A DNA stretch of 64,000 nucleotides from an uncultured Rhodospirillaceae bacterium. GTDB lineage: Bacteria; Pseudomonadota; Alphaproteobacteria; GCA-2731375. Shown piece by piece: positions 37,354-48,700 of the stretch. The stretch is taken from contig CAZVYX010000027.1 of NCBI GenBank assembly GCA_964631725.1, forward strand, positions 1,624-65,623, read 5' to 3'. Positions within the stretch are counted from its first letter, which is position 1. Every line of letters starts with the position of its first letter. Position numbers and translations under genes: made by a program. A model generated the notes under the pieces. It saw only the letters and a list, made by a program, of their open reading frames with translations, was not told where the DNA came from and did no database searches.

Positions 37354-38559
37354 ATGGATATCGCGTTATCGGATGATCTGCGGGCATTTCAGACCGAGGT
37401 TCGAAGCTTTCTGGAAGACAACCTGAGCCCTGAAATCCGCGAGGCCGCGCGCCTTTGCACTACGATCGTGCCGGAGCATGAGGCGACCATGGCGTGGCAC
37501 GGGGTCTTGTACCGCAAGGGCTGGGTCGCGCCCAATTGGCCGGCGGAACATGGCGGTCCCGGTTGGAGCGTGGAGCAGCGCTACATATTCGCCCGGGAAT
37601 GTGCCAAGGCAGGGGTGCCGCGCCAATGGCCGGGCGGGCTGTCCCTGGTCGGGCCCGCTATCATGGGCTACGGCAGCGCCGAACAAAAGGCCTACTATCT
37701 GCCGCGCATTCTGTCCGGCGAGGATCTTTGGTGCCAGGGCTATTCCGAACCGGGTTCCGGCTCGGACCTGGCCTCGTTGCAATGCCGGGCCGTGGCGGAT
37801 GGTGACGACTATGTCATCAACGGCTCCAAGATCTGGACCTCATATGCCCATTACGCGAACCGCATGTTCTGTCTGGTCCGTACCTCGACGGAGGGCAAGC
37901 CCCAGGCCGGCATTACTTTTCTGCTGCTTGAGATGGATAGCCCCGGCATCAGGGTTGAACCGATCCATATCATGGGCGGTGACCACGAATTCAATCAGGT
38001 GTTTTTCACCGACGTGCGGGTACCGCAGGCCAACCGGGTTGGGGCCGAGAATGAAGGCTGGACCGTGGCCAAGTATCTGTTGGAATTCGAACGGGGCGGT
38101 GATGCCCGTGCGGCCAGGCAGCGGACCAGACTGGACGAGGCGCGTCGCCTTGCCGCCGCACGGCGGAACAGTGACGGCCGCAGTCTGTTGGAAGAACCTA
38201 GTTTCGCCGCTGATCTGGCGGCGGTGCAAATCGAATTGGAGACGGTGGAGTTCACCGAAGTGCGCGCCATGGCCGAGATCGCCAAGCGCGGCAATCCCGG
38301 TCCCGCCTCTTCGATGCTGAAGGTTCGCGCGACGGAGGTACAGGTGGCGATCAGCGAACTGGCGATGCGGGCGATCGCCTATTACGCCGCGCCGCATCAG
38401 CCGGAAGAGCGCCTGGCCGGCGCCAACCTGGAACCCATCGGCCTGCGGGACGAGATGTCGATCACGGCGCGCTACTTGAATGACCGTGCGGCAAGCATAT
38501 ACGCCGGTTCAAACGAGATTCAGCGCAACATCATGGCCAAAATGGTACTGGGGATGTAG
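37354..38559 (+). CDS. acyl-CoA dehydrogenase family protein (FadE-like, ~400 aa)
   Basis: ACAD N/M/C domains; GSNEIQRNIMAKMVLGM C-terminus. Confidence 0.8.
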   Translation: MDIALSDDLRAFQTEVRSFLEDNLSPEIREAARLCTTIVPEHEATMAWHGVLYRKGWVAPNWPAEHGGPGWSVEQRYIFARECAKAGVPRQWPGGLSLVGPAIMGYGSAEQKAYYLPRILSGEDLWCQGYSEPGSGSDLASLQCRAVADGDDYVINGSKIWTSYAHYANRMFCLVRTSTEGKPQAGITFLLLEMDSPGIRVEPIHIMGGDHEFNQVFFTDVRVPQANRVGAENEGWTVAKYLLEFERGGDARAARQRTRLDEARRLAAARRNSDGRSLLEEPSFAADLAAVQIELETVEFTEVRAMAEIAKRGNPGPASSMLKVRATEVQVAISELAMRAIAYYAAPHQPEERLAGANLEPIGLRDEMSITARYLNDRAASIYAGSNEIQRNIMAKMVLGM

Positions 38560-38588
38560 CGGCTGGCTTGCATGATGGAGAGTCTGTG

Positions 38589-39794
38589 ATGGATATCGCG
38601 CTGTCGGATGAACTGCTGGCTTTTCAGGCCGAGGTCCGGACCTTTCTGGAAGACAATCTGAGCCTGGAAATCCGCGAAGCTTCGCGCCTGTGCACGACGA
38701 TTATTGCCGAACACGAGGCGGTGATGCGGTGGCACAAAATCATGTACCGCCAGGGTTGGGCCGCGCCGGGCTGGCCGGAGGAATATGGCGGGCCCGGCTG
38801 GGATACCATGCGCCGCTATCTGTTCGCCGCCGAATATGCCCGTGCCGGGGCGCCGCGCCTGGCACCCCAGGGGCTGGCGATGGTGGCGCCCGCCCTCATG
38901 GGCCACGGCAGCGAGGAACAAAAGGCCTTCTATCTGCCCCGTATCCTTTCGGGCGAGGATGTCTGGTGTCAGGGCTATTCCGAGCCGGGCTCGGGCTCCG
39001 ACCTGGCGTCATTGCAATGCCGTGCCGTCGCCGATGGCGATGACTACATCATCAACGGTTCCAAGATCTGGACCACCTCGGCCCACGAGGCCAACCGCAT
39101 GTTCTGCCTGGTCCGCACCTCGACCGAAGGCAAGCCCCAGGCCGGCATTACATTTCTGTTGCTGGACATGGATACCCCCGGCATCGTTGTCGAGCCGATC
39201 CATATCCTGGGCGGCGACCACGAATTCAATCAGGTGTTCTTCACCGATGCACGGGTTCCCCAGGTCAACCGGGTCGGGGCCGAGAACGAAGGCTGGACCG
39301 TGGCCAAATATCTCCTCGAGTTCGAGCGCGGCGGTGGGGCCCGCGCCGCCTCTCAGCGGACCAGGTTGGATGAGGCCCGGCGTCTTGCCGCCCATCGGCG
39401 GAAAAGCGACGGCCGCAGCTTGTTGGCGGAACCCGGTTTCGCCGCTGATCTCGCGGCCTTGGAGATCGAGTTGAACACGGTGGAGTTCACCGAACTGCGC
39501 ACCATGGCCGAGATCGCCAAGCGCGGCAGCCCGGGCCCGGCATCCTCGATGCTGAAGACGCGGTCGACGGAGGTGCAGATGGCGATCAGTGAGCTGGCGA
39601 TGCGGGCGATCGGCTATTACGCCGCCCCGCATCAGCCGGAGGAACGCCTGGCCGGCGCCAATCTGCAGCCCATTGGCTTGCGGGACGAGATGTCGATAAC
39701 CGCGCGTTATTTGAATGACCGGGCCGGCAGTATCTATGGCGGCTCGAACGAGATTCAGCGCAACATCATGGCCAAACTGGTGCTGGGGATGTAG
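38589..39794 (+). CDS. acyl-CoA dehydrogenase family protein (tandem paralog, ~78% identical to upstream gene)
   Basis: Colinear with 37354..38559 throughout. Confidence 0.8.
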   Translation: MDIALSDELLAFQAEVRTFLEDNLSLEIREASRLCTTIIAEHEAVMRWHKIMYRQGWAAPGWPEEYGGPGWDTMRRYLFAAEYARAGAPRLAPQGLAMVAPALMGHGSEEQKAFYLPRILSGEDVWCQGYSEPGSGSDLASLQCRAVADGDDYIINGSKIWTTSAHEANRMFCLVRTSTEGKPQAGITFLLLDMDTPGIVVEPIHILGGDHEFNQVFFTDARVPQVNRVGAENEGWTVAKYLLEFERGGGARAASQRTRLDEARRLAAHRRKSDGRSLLAEPGFAADLAALEIELNTVEFTELRTMAEIAKRGSPGPASSMLKTRSTEVQMAISELAMRAIGYYAAPHQPEERLAGANLQPIGLRDEMSITARYLNDRAGSIYGGSNEIQRNIMAKLVLGM

Positions 39795-40016
39795 CTGCCG
39801 GAAATCTCCGGTACCTCTTCAGAGCAGGAAAACCAGGACAACCAGCAACGCCAGGGCCATGTTCGGCAAGTCGGCAAGTGTCGGCATGATTTCCACCCTC
39901 CAGCGGTATCGTTGGTGGAAAGCATGGCGGGGAAGGGCCCGCGGCGCAGTGACGGAAATCACCGAAAGGCGCAATATTGTGCCAAAAACCCCCTAAATGG
40001 CGCGATTTAGGCCGAA

Positions 40017-41048
40017 TTAACCCTTTTCTCGGGAATTTGCGTACCGTTGGTAAAGGCGCATGGCCAGGCCGGAAAAGCCGTCGGGCATGAAATAGACCAC
40101 GAAAAGAAGCGCGAAACCGAATGGCGGTACCGCCAGGGCGGCGGGCATGGAACCGGAGGCGGCGGGCAGGAACAGCACCAAAAAGCTGCCGATTAGGGCC
40201 CCCCACACCGAGCGGAAGCCGGCCATCACCGCCCCGATCAGCAGCAGGATGGAAAAAAACAAACCGTAGGAATCCGGCGCCACGAAATCCGCCAACAGAC
40301 CGGTCAGGGCGCCGCCCATGCCGGCGTACATGGCGGAAACGCCAAAAACCGTGGTCTTGAACATGGCGACGTTGATGCCCATGGGCGCGGCGGCGATTTC
40401 GTTGTCACGGATTGCCGCCAGGGCCCGGCCGGAACGGCTGTTGATCAGGTTGCCGGCCAGCCAGAAAAACCCGATCATGATGACAAGCGTGACGAAGTAC
40501 CAATATTGATCGTCGTTCAGCCCGGTCCAGGCGGGCGGGTCGGGCCGGTCGAGGTAAACGCCGCTGACGCCCCCCGTCCAATGCTGCAACTCGTCCAGCT
40601 TCAGGACTTGCGGCAGGACCAGGGAGAGACCCCAGGTCATCAGCATCAGATGGATCATGTTCAGGCGCAGGGCCGGCCAGCCGAACAGAAAGCCCGAGAT
40701 AAAGGAAACCACCGCCGCCACGGGCAGGGCGCCATAGGCCGACAACCCGCCATGGCTCATGGCGATCGAGGTGGAATAGGCTCCAATGGCAAAAAAGGCC
40801 CCGTGGCCGATGGAAAACTGCCCGCTCAACCCGGTCAGCAGGTTGACCCCCAAAATGGCCAGGGCCAGGGCAAAAACCAGCGCCAGGGTATAGGTGGTGT
40901 AGCCGTCCAGCACGAACGGCAAGACCACGGTCAGGCCCAGGAACAGGGCAAGGGCGCCCCATTTCCAGGCCGGGGGAATGGCCTTTGGATCGCCCTGTTC
41001 ACGGATGCGGCTGCGAAGGTCTGGCGCCGGCAAATTCGATAACGTCAC
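40017..41048 (-). CDS. branched-chain amino acid ABC transporter permease (LivM-like), orphan
   Basis: Multi-TM protein with LivM-like conserved stretches. No ATPase or binding protein adjacent. Confidence 0.65.
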   Translation of the reverse strand: MTLSNLPAPDLRSRIREQGDPKAIPPAWKWGALALFLGLTVVLPFVLDGYTTYTLALVFALALAILGVNLLTGLSGQFSIGHGAFFAIGAYSTSIAMSHGGLSAYGALPVAAVVSFISGFLFGWPALRLNMIHLMLMTWGLSLVLPQVLKLDELQHWTGGVSGVYLDRPDPPAWTGLNDDQYWYFVTLVIMIGFFWLAGNLINSRSGRALAAIRDNEIAAAPMGINVAMFKTTVFGVSAMYAGMGGALTGLLADFVAPDSYGLFFSILLLIGAVMAGFRSVWGALIGSFLVLFLPAASGSMPAALAVPPFGFALLFVVYFMPDGFSGLAMRLYQRYANSREKG

Positions 41049-41126
41049 TTCGGCCCCAATTCGCCGCTTACAAGAACGCCTCTCTTATAGCGGGCCGGCT
41101 GTCATCGTCAATGAAATCCGCGCCTG

Positions 41127-42368
41127 CTATTCCGCGATCCGGCCGGCCTCCTTGGCGTTGGCGAAGATCGCCGCCGCCACCACCGACAGGACGGCAAGAA
41201 AGGCGAAGATCCAGCGATAAGCGATCTCCGGCGCCGGGCCGCCGGCGCCGTCGAAGCTTCCGACGATCAGGCCCGAGGCGGCCTGAATGACCGCGATGCC
41301 GAGCATGACCGCGAGATTCTGGAAAGTGAGGCCGCGCCCGATTAGATGATCCGGCAGAACGGCGCGGGCAAAGGCATGGTTCAACATGACATAGCTGCCG
41401 ATGGTGGCGAACAGCAGCAACAGTATGGTCGCGGTCCAAAAATCCGGCTCTTCGAGCAGCGCCAGCAAAGCCAGTATGGCGGCGGTGGCCAGGGCGGCCG
41501 CGACGATCAGCCACTTGCGCCGGCTGACATGGTGATCAAGCCGGCCGTAAAGGGAAACGCCGATGAGCACGGCGGCGTTCATGCCCAGCAGGACATTGCC
41601 GCGGGCGACGCCGTCCAGGCCATGGATATCGGCCAGATAGGGCCCGCCCCACAGCCCGACCACGGTCAGCACAGTTGCATAGCTGACAAACTGGATCGCC
41701 GAGACCAGCCAGAGTTCGCGGTTGGCGACAACGGCCCGCAATCCCCGCAGGATATCCGGCCAGGACTCGTGCTGATTATCGGCCTCCCTCTGTCCCAACG
41801 GCGCATCGCGGACAACCAGGTAAAGCAGTAGGGCAAAAGCCCCGGTCACGCCGGCCATCACCAGGAAAGCGCCGCGCCAGCCGATGATCTCCACCGCCCA
41901 GGCCAGCGGTGTCGTGGCCAAAAGGGTGCCGCCGCCGCCGACCACGAACAGTGCGGCGGAGAGGGTGGCGAAGCGCTCCTCGGGATACCAGCGCGCGATC
42001 ACCACCATCGAGCCCATCAGCCCGGCGGCGCAGCCAATCCCCAACAGCAATCGACCGATCGCCAGAACCGCGCCGCCGTCGGCGGCGGCGAAGGTGATGG
42101 CGCCAAGCACCGCGACCAGGAACAGCCCGGTCATGGTCCGTCTGGCCCCGTACCGGTCCAACAAGACGCCGGTGGGTATTTGCGCCGCGCCGAAGGCAAG
42201 AAAGAAAAGCCCGGTGATGCCGCCCATGGTTTCGGCGGACAGGTCCAGCTCGGCCATCAGTTCCGGCGCGATGGCGGCGTTGGCGACCCGGTAAAACTGG
42301 CTCGCCACATAGGCCCCGCAGAGCACGAGATAGATCCGCAGGGCCTGGCGTCTTCCTGGTTCGGTCAT
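41127..42368 (-). CDS. MFS transporter
   Basis: 12-TM protein with the LLDRYGARR motif. Confidence 0.75.
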   Translation of the reverse strand: MTEPGRRQALRIYLVLCGAYVASQFYRVANAAIAPELMAELDLSAETMGGITGLFFLAFGAAQIPTGVLLDRYGARRTMTGLFLVAVLGAITFAAADGGAVLAIGRLLLGIGCAAGLMGSMVVIARWYPEERFATLSAALFVVGGGGTLLATTPLAWAVEIIGWRGAFLVMAGVTGAFALLLYLVVRDAPLGQREADNQHESWPDILRGLRAVVANRELWLVSAIQFVSYATVLTVVGLWGGPYLADIHGLDGVARGNVLLGMNAAVLIGVSLYGRLDHHVSRRKWLIVAAALATAAILALLALLEEPDFWTATILLLLFATIGSYVMLNHAFARAVLPDHLIGRGLTFQNLAVMLGIAVIQAASGLIVGSFDGAGGPAPEIAYRWIFAFLAVLSVVAAAIFANAKEAGRIAE

Positions 42369-42633
42369 CGCCGCATGCTCTATGTTTTTGCCCCGGTGGG
42401 CAACATAAGACGCACTTGCGCCAGGCGGAACCGGCCGGCCGGCGCCAAGGCGGCGACAAAGACAAAGACGGAGTCCCCGGAAATCCGTGCTCTTTGCCTT
42501 GCGCGTTTGAGTTTCGTGAAAGCGGGAAAGCGCGTATCTTTTCCTTATCGTTTTGCACGGGCATCGGGTGATGAAGGGTGGTGCTATCTTTCGGCCCCGC
42601 CAATTCTGGCAATTAGGCTGGAAAACTTGGTAA

Positions 42634-43386
42634 TTGGATAAAAAAATGCCGGTTGAACAGGGCGGAAAAACGGTCTTCGGCGCCTCGGTTGGAATATTGA
42701 TGCTGGAAACTCGCTTTCCCAGAATTCATGGCGATGCTGGAAATGCAGAGAGCTGGCCGTTTCCGGTTCACTACAAGGTTGTCCCGGGCGCGACACCGGA
42801 CAACGTGGTGCGCGGCGATCCAAGGCTATTGCTCGACCGGTTCATCGATGCCGGCCGAGAACTTGTTGCCATGGGCGCCGACGGCATTACCACGACATGT
42901 GGCTTCCTTGCCCTGGTGCAGGAAGATATCAAGAACGCCTTGGGCGTGCCGGTCGCAACCTCTTCCTTGGTACAAATTCCCATGGTTCAGGCTCTGCTTC
43001 CAGCAGGCCAGCGGGTCGCGGTCATTACCATTTCCAAGGCAACCTTGACCAAAGCGCATTTAGCTGCCGCGGGCGCCCCCCTGGATACACCGATAATCGG
43101 CACCGATGATGGACGCTGTTTCACCCGCGACGTGCTCGGCGACGCGGCTGAAATCAATATCTCCGACTGCCGTTTGGATATGATCGATGCCGCCAGGCAG
43201 TTGATGGAAACCGAACAGCATGTTGGGGCCGTCATATTGGAATGCACCAATATGGCGCCATATGCGCATGACATTCGGAAAATCACCGGTCTGCCGGTCT
43301 ATTCCATCCATAGCTTCGTCAGCTGGTTCCAAGCCGGCCTCCGTCCCCGAAAATTCCGGTTGGAGCTGGACGATCCGCGTTATTGA
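42634..43386 (+). CDS. Asp/Glu/hydantoin racemase superfamily protein
   Basis: 250 aa. The two Cys-containing half-site regions are typical of this family. Confidence 0.6.
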   Translation: MDKKMPVEQGGKTVFGASVGILMLETRFPRIHGDAGNAESWPFPVHYKVVPGATPDNVVRGDPRLLLDRFIDAGRELVAMGADGITTTCGFLALVQEDIKNALGVPVATSSLVQIPMVQALLPAGQRVAVITISKATLTKAHLAAAGAPLDTPIIGTDDGRCFTRDVLGDAAEINISDCRLDMIDAARQLMETEQHVGAVILECTNMAPYAHDIRKITGLPVYSIHSFVSWFQAGLRPRKFRLELDDPRY

Positions 43387-43481
43387 TCCACCGTTTCTTG
43401 GCGGGGAGTTCTGAGTTCCGGGACACCTTAGCCTAATTGCGGGTTCTTGCGCTTGTTTCGGAGAGGACGGCGCCGCCGGCC

Positions 43482-44132
43482 CTACTCCGCGGCGTCGTAG
43501 GCGCCGGTGATCAGGGCGCGGTATTCTTCGGTGTAGTCGCCGCGCTGTTCCGATAGGGCGGCATCGCGCATTTGATAGCCGTTGCCGGCGTGGGCCGTCA
43601 TCTGCTCCACCGGCGTTGGGTTGGTGACTTCCGGCCAGTGGCCCGGCTGCGGTTCCGCGCCCTCGGCGACGATGGCGAGGGGCAGGTCGTCGGCCACGGC
43701 GGGGGGCTGGGTGATCTTCATGATGTCCCAACTGATCTCCAGCGGAATGTTGTTGGGGTCATAAAAGTAAATCGACCAAATAGTGCCATGATCCACCGCG
43801 CCGGAAACCTCGAAACCGGCTGCTTCCAACTTATCCTTGGCCGCAAACAGGTCTTCCCGGCTTTCGCAGGTCATGGAAACGTGGTCAAAACCAAGCGGCT
43901 GCCGGCTGGGCGAGCCGTGGGGTTTCGGGTTCATCGGCTGGGCGCCTTCGTAGGCGAAAAAGGCGATCATCGCCTCGCCGGCGCGGAAGAAATAGTGCCG
44001 ATAGCCGTCGTGGCCGACGCCGGCCTCCAGCGTCATGCCCAGCAGATCGCGATAGAATCGGATGGTGGCGTCCAGATCGTGGGTGATGAACGCCAGGTGG
44101 TTGATCCCGGTTAAGGCCATGTTTGTCTCCAT
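43482..44132 (-). CDS. VOC (glyoxalase / extradiol dioxygenase) family protein
   Basis: INHLAFITHDLDATIRFYRDLLGM and a second beta-alpha-beta-beta-beta module. Start at 44132 or 44120. Confidence 0.65.
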   Translation of the reverse strand: METNMALTGINHLAFITHDLDATIRFYRDLLGMTLEAGVGHDGYRHYFFRAGEAMIAFFAYEGAQPMNPKPHGSPSRQPLGFDHVSMTCESREDLFAAKDKLEAAGFEVSGAVDHGTIWSIYFYDPNNIPLEISWDIMKITQPPAVADDLPLAIVAEGAEPQPGHWPEVTNPTPVEQMTAHAGNGYQMRDAALSEQRGDYTEEYRALITGAYDAAE

Positions 44133-44340
44133 TCCCCAAAATGCAGTGTCGTGACTATAGCAAAATAACGCTGTCTGACGATGTGCTGGATTATTTGGGT
44201 GCTCTGGCCGTGGCGACAAGGTGCCCGTGTGGAAACAATCTGTTGCCAAAAAGGCTGGGCTGAAACCTTGCCAAGGGCGCTGATGCGGACCAGTTATCAG
44301 ATGAAGCATCGCGTTTTCCTGTCGTAGGAGTTTTCAGATC

Positions 44341-45222
44341 ATGAGCGCCTCCCAACCCGGCATTCTTGCCCCCGGCCCCGAATTTTCACGGTTCTTGGAA
44401 TTTTCCCACCTTGCCGGCCGCGACCCGCTGCCAATCCTGCGGGAATTGGCGGCGCAATCCGTGACGCCGGAGCTTGTGGTTGGGCTGGGCGCTGGATTGC
44501 TCAGGGGATTGGGCCGCGACATCGACGGCCTGCGCGCCTTTCCCAGCCTCAGCGGACCGGGCTGCGAGGTGCCCTCGACCCAGACCGACATCTGGTGCTG
44601 GATCAGGGGCGATGATCAGGGGCGGTTGATGCATGCGGGCCGGGACATTGCCGCCCTGCTGCGCCCCGCCTTTGGCCGGGACCGCATGGCCGACGGCTTT
44701 ACCTACGATGGCGGCCGCGATCTGTCAGGCTATGTGGACGGTACGGAAAATCCCGAAGGTGATGCGGCCCGTGATGCGGCCATCGTCGCCGATGCCGGCG
44801 CCGGCCTGGACGGTTCCAGCTTCGTCGCGACGCAGCAATGGCTCCATGACCTGACGCATTTCGCGACGCTGCCCCAGATGGAACGGGACAATATCATCGG
44901 CCGGCGGTTGAGCGACAACGAAGAGCTGGACGACGCCCCCGTCTCGGCCCACGTCAAGCGCACGGCTCAGGAAAGCTTCGATCCGGAAGCTTTCATCCTG
45001 CGCCGGTCCATGCCATGGGCCAACGAAAACGGCGAGGGCCTGCAGTTCGTCGCCTTCGGCGCGACATTGGACGCCTTCGAGGTGCAATTGCGCCGGATGA
45101 CCGGGCAGGATGACGGCATCGTCGACGGCCTGTTCCGTTTCAGCCGCGCTGTCTCCGGCAGCTATTTCTGGTGCCCGCCCGTGGCCGGCGGCCGCCTGGA
45201 TTTGTCCGCCATTGGGCTCTGA
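44341..45222 (+). CDS. Dyp-type peroxidase
   Basis: N-terminal SQPGIL hallmark and a C-terminal GxxDG-containing heme region. Confidence 0.8.
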   Translation: MSASQPGILAPGPEFSRFLEFSHLAGRDPLPILRELAAQSVTPELVVGLGAGLLRGLGRDIDGLRAFPSLSGPGCEVPSTQTDIWCWIRGDDQGRLMHAGRDIAALLRPAFGRDRMADGFTYDGGRDLSGYVDGTENPEGDAARDAAIVADAGAGLDGSSFVATQQWLHDLTHFATLPQMERDNIIGRRLSDNEELDDAPVSAHVKRTAQESFDPEAFILRRSMPWANENGEGLQFVAFGATLDAFEVQLRRMTGQDDGIVDGLFRFSRAVSGSYFWCPPVAGGRLDLSAIGL

Positions 45223-45240
45223 TCTGAGGGTCTCCGCCGC

Positions 45241-45702
45241 CTACCAATAGTCGGCCATGATCTCCCTGGCCCAGGCCGGCTCGCTGATTTCGCCCCTGGG
45301 GGCGAAGCCGCTAAGGTAGGGCTTCAAGTCCAGCACCGGCGTGCCGTCGATGGCGTCCAGGCCCCGTACGGTCAGGGTCAGGCCGTCGACCGCGATGACC
45401 TTGCAGACGGTGATGCCCAGTCGGTTGGGGCGCCCCTTGCCGCGCTGGGCGAAGATGCCCACCTTGGGCCAATCGCCACGGCCACGGGGATGGCGGGCGC
45501 AGGAGACAATTTTTTCCTCCCCCACCTGGTGAAAATGAAACAGCACCTCGACATGGGAAAAATCTTCCAGACCGGCCAGGGCATCGGCCTGGAACTGCCC
45601 GCCATCCAGTTCGATGACCGCCTGTTCCCGGTCCCAATCATCGTCCCGTGCCTCAACGCGGCCGCCGCGCACATATCCGATGGGGGTGAGTGCAATGCTC
45701 AT
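45241..45702 (-). CDS. TsaA/TrmO (YaeB, UPF0066) family tRNA methyltransferase-like protein
   Basis: 153-aa barrel-type N-domain with PNRLG and DGTPVLDLKPY motifs. Confidence 0.6.
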   Translation of the reverse strand: MSIALTPIGYVRGGRVEARDDDWDREQAVIELDGGQFQADALAGLEDFSHVEVLFHFHQVGEEKIVSCARHPRGRGDWPKVGIFAQRGKGRPNRLGITVCKVIAVDGLTLTVRGLDAIDGTPVLDLKPYLSGFAPRGEISEPAWAREIMADYW

Positions 45703-45730
45703 GCGATGATGTCCTCAACTCGTGTATCGT

Positions 45731-48700
45731 TCAGGCTAGCTTATCCAACAACGCCTGGGCCGCCAGCAAATCCGGCGCATCCAGACCCTCGGTGAACCAA
45801 CCATGGATTGGCATTACCAGTTCGCGCGCCGCGTCCCGTTTGCCTTGATCGAGCCATAGTTCCGCCAGGGAGGAGGCGGCGCGCAGTTCCAACAGCTTGG
45901 CGGCCTGGCGGCGGGCGACTTCAATTGCGCGTTGAAAGCAGATTTCCGCATCGCCGCCCTGGGCGTGCCGAACTTCGCCGTGTATGCGGTGAAGTTCCGC
46001 TTCCCACCAACGCTCGGCGGTGTCTCCGACGACGCACAGGCATCTTTCGATCAGTTCGCCGGCTTGCTCGTGCCGACCGAGGTGCAGCAACCCCCTGGCT
46101 TGGAAACACTGGTAAATCGTTCGCATATATTCATGCAACGCTATTTCCAGGCTGGCCTCGATCTGTTCGACACCCAATGCCGCCGTATCGGCGCTTGCCG
46201 CCAATGCCGCGCCATGCATGAGACGGCTATGGTCAAGCCAATTGGGATTGGCGGCTTCAATCGAGATTTTCGTCATGGTTTCCGCGGTTGAGACCGTTGC
46301 CGCCAACTGATTGCCGGTAAGCCGCACAAGACAGGCCCAATGATAGGCAAACCCTAATGTGTTCTGGTGCTTGAGTTCGTGCGCCAGGGCCAGTCCATCC
46401 TCGACCAGCCGTGCCGCTTGCTGGCCATGGCCAAGGAATTGCGTGGCGATTGCCAGATGCATCTTGGCGGCGACACCGATGTCATGGGGGAAACGCTGTG
46501 TTGAGTCCCGGTGAGTGCGGGGGTCGAAATATTCGATGGCCTTGAGTGAGGCCTCGTGCGCCTCGGCGAATTCACCCCGGCTATTGTAGCCGACCGCCAT
46601 GCAGCGATGGCCAACGCAAATTGCCTCTCCATTGCCGGACCGTTCGGCACGGTCGAGAAGCTCGCGGGAGATATCCAGGAAGTCATGAAACCTCGAGAGT
46701 GAACCGTAGAGGGCGCAAAAGCCATGCAGTACGGTAATATGACGAGGGTCGTCGGTAAATCCGGCCAGCAAATCGCGGGCCCGTTGATAGGCCCATTCGG
46801 TTTCTTCGGCGCCATAACCAAGGTGCGCCATCGAGGCTAAGGCCAGGCAAATCTGCAGGTCGATCTCCAAGCTATCGTGCTCCCGCGACCCGGAGACCCG
46901 TTCCAGTGCCGCAAGGCCGTGTTTCGCCTGCACCGTGGCTTCGGCAACGGCCGAGCGGCCAAGGGACTGACGCCCGGCGCGCAGCCACAGATGCGCGGCG
47001 CGTTCGGGTTCCTGCCCGGCGTCATAATGATGGGCTAACAATTCAGGTTCGGTTTCCGCGCGGTTGGGAAAATCCGTTTCCAAGGCGCGGGCCACATCGG
47101 CATGAATGGTCCGGCGCCTTTCACGCAGCAACATTTGATAGGCCGCATCCTGCACCAACGCATGTTTGAATACATAGTGAACTTCCCGGCCACGCTCGTC
47201 ACGCCAAAGCAGGCCGGAGCCAAGCAGGATATCAAGATCGTGACGCAGATCCCCCTCGGATAACGGCGACGCGGCCGCCAACAATTGATGGGATACCTCG
47301 CGGCCAATGATAGCGGCGATTTCCGCGGTTCTCTTGGCCCCGCCGACGCGGTCCAGGCGTGCGGTCAGGGAAGCCTGCAGGTTGGCGGGAACTTCGCCGC
47401 TGTCGGCTTCATCGCTTGCATTGGCCAAATTATGGGTCAGCTCTTCAATATAAAGCGGCACCCCATCGCCATGGGCCATGATGTGTTTGATCTTGTCGCT
47501 GGAAAGATCAGCGCCACCAACCCCGCGGATCATCTCTTCCACCTGCGTCTGGCTCAACCGCCGGATCGGCAGGCTGGTAACGCTGGCCAGGTCACCCCAT
47601 GGCGGCGTGAATTCCGGACGATGGGTGATCACCAACAACACCGCCGCACTGGTCATGGCCTCGATCACCTGTTGCAGCAGACCCAAGGTTGTCGGATCGA
47701 TCCAATGGACATCCTCGAAGACCGCCAACACCGGCTGTTGCGCCGCCAGACCCATCAGGTGATCGATGATCGCGGTCTCCGTCCGCTGCTTGCGTTGCAG
47801 CGGCTCAAGCGCGATGGCGCCGTAGCGGTCTTCATGGGGGATCGATAACAGGGCAGCAAACAATGGTCTGACCGCGGCATCCGCATCGCCGACCTTGTCC
47901 AATAGGCTTTCAAGCTTGTCCAGTTTGGCCCCGGCGTTGTCGTCCGGTGCCAGCCCGGCGGCATACTCAAGCTGCCGGATGATGGGATAATAGGCGCTGT
48001 TGTCATGATAGGGTGCGCATTGATAGCGCAGACGCAGATGCTGCTGGCTTGCGAGATTTTCGTACAGCGCCTGAGTAAGACGCGACTTGCCGATCCCCGC
48101 CTCGCCGGAGACCATGACCACCTGACCCTCGCCGCCTTTCGCGGTCTCCCACCGGTCAAGCAGCATGTTCAACTCGCCCTGGTGCCCGATAAACGGCAGC
48201 CGGCTTTGCCCATGTGCCGCTTCGAACCGGCTGACGGTGGCGGCTTCATCACCTACCAGCCACGCCGGAACCGGTTCGGCGAAACCCTTCAGGTTCTGCG
48301 GCGGCAGGGCGGTCATATGGAAGGTCTGGCCGACCAGTTCCCTGGTGGCGGCACAGATGATCACGTGACCTGGATCGCCGACTTGCTGCAGGCGGGCCGC
48401 CCGGTTCGGAGTTGCGCCGGTCACCGCATCCGCGTCCATGCCGCCCTCGCCAACCAGATCACCAACCACAACCTGGCCGGAAGCGATACCAACCCGGGCG
48501 GCCAGGTTCTCACCCGTATTGGTTTGCACCGTCCGCACCGCCTCAATAGCGGCCAGTCCGCTGCGCACGGCCCGTTCCGCCTGATCCTCATGGGCTTGCG
48601 GCCAGCCGAAATAGGCCAGGACGCCGTCGCCCAGGAATTTTGCCACATGCCCGCCGTAGCGTGTCACGGCGCCCGCGACGGCATCCTGATAGCGGCGCAT

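Noticed and set aside
39819-39887. 22-codon hydrophobic peptide ORF (MPTLADLPNMALALLVVLVFLL) downstream of the LivM-like gene, with a GGAGGG RBS
   Set aside because: Too short and compositionally trivial to call without conservation or expression data.
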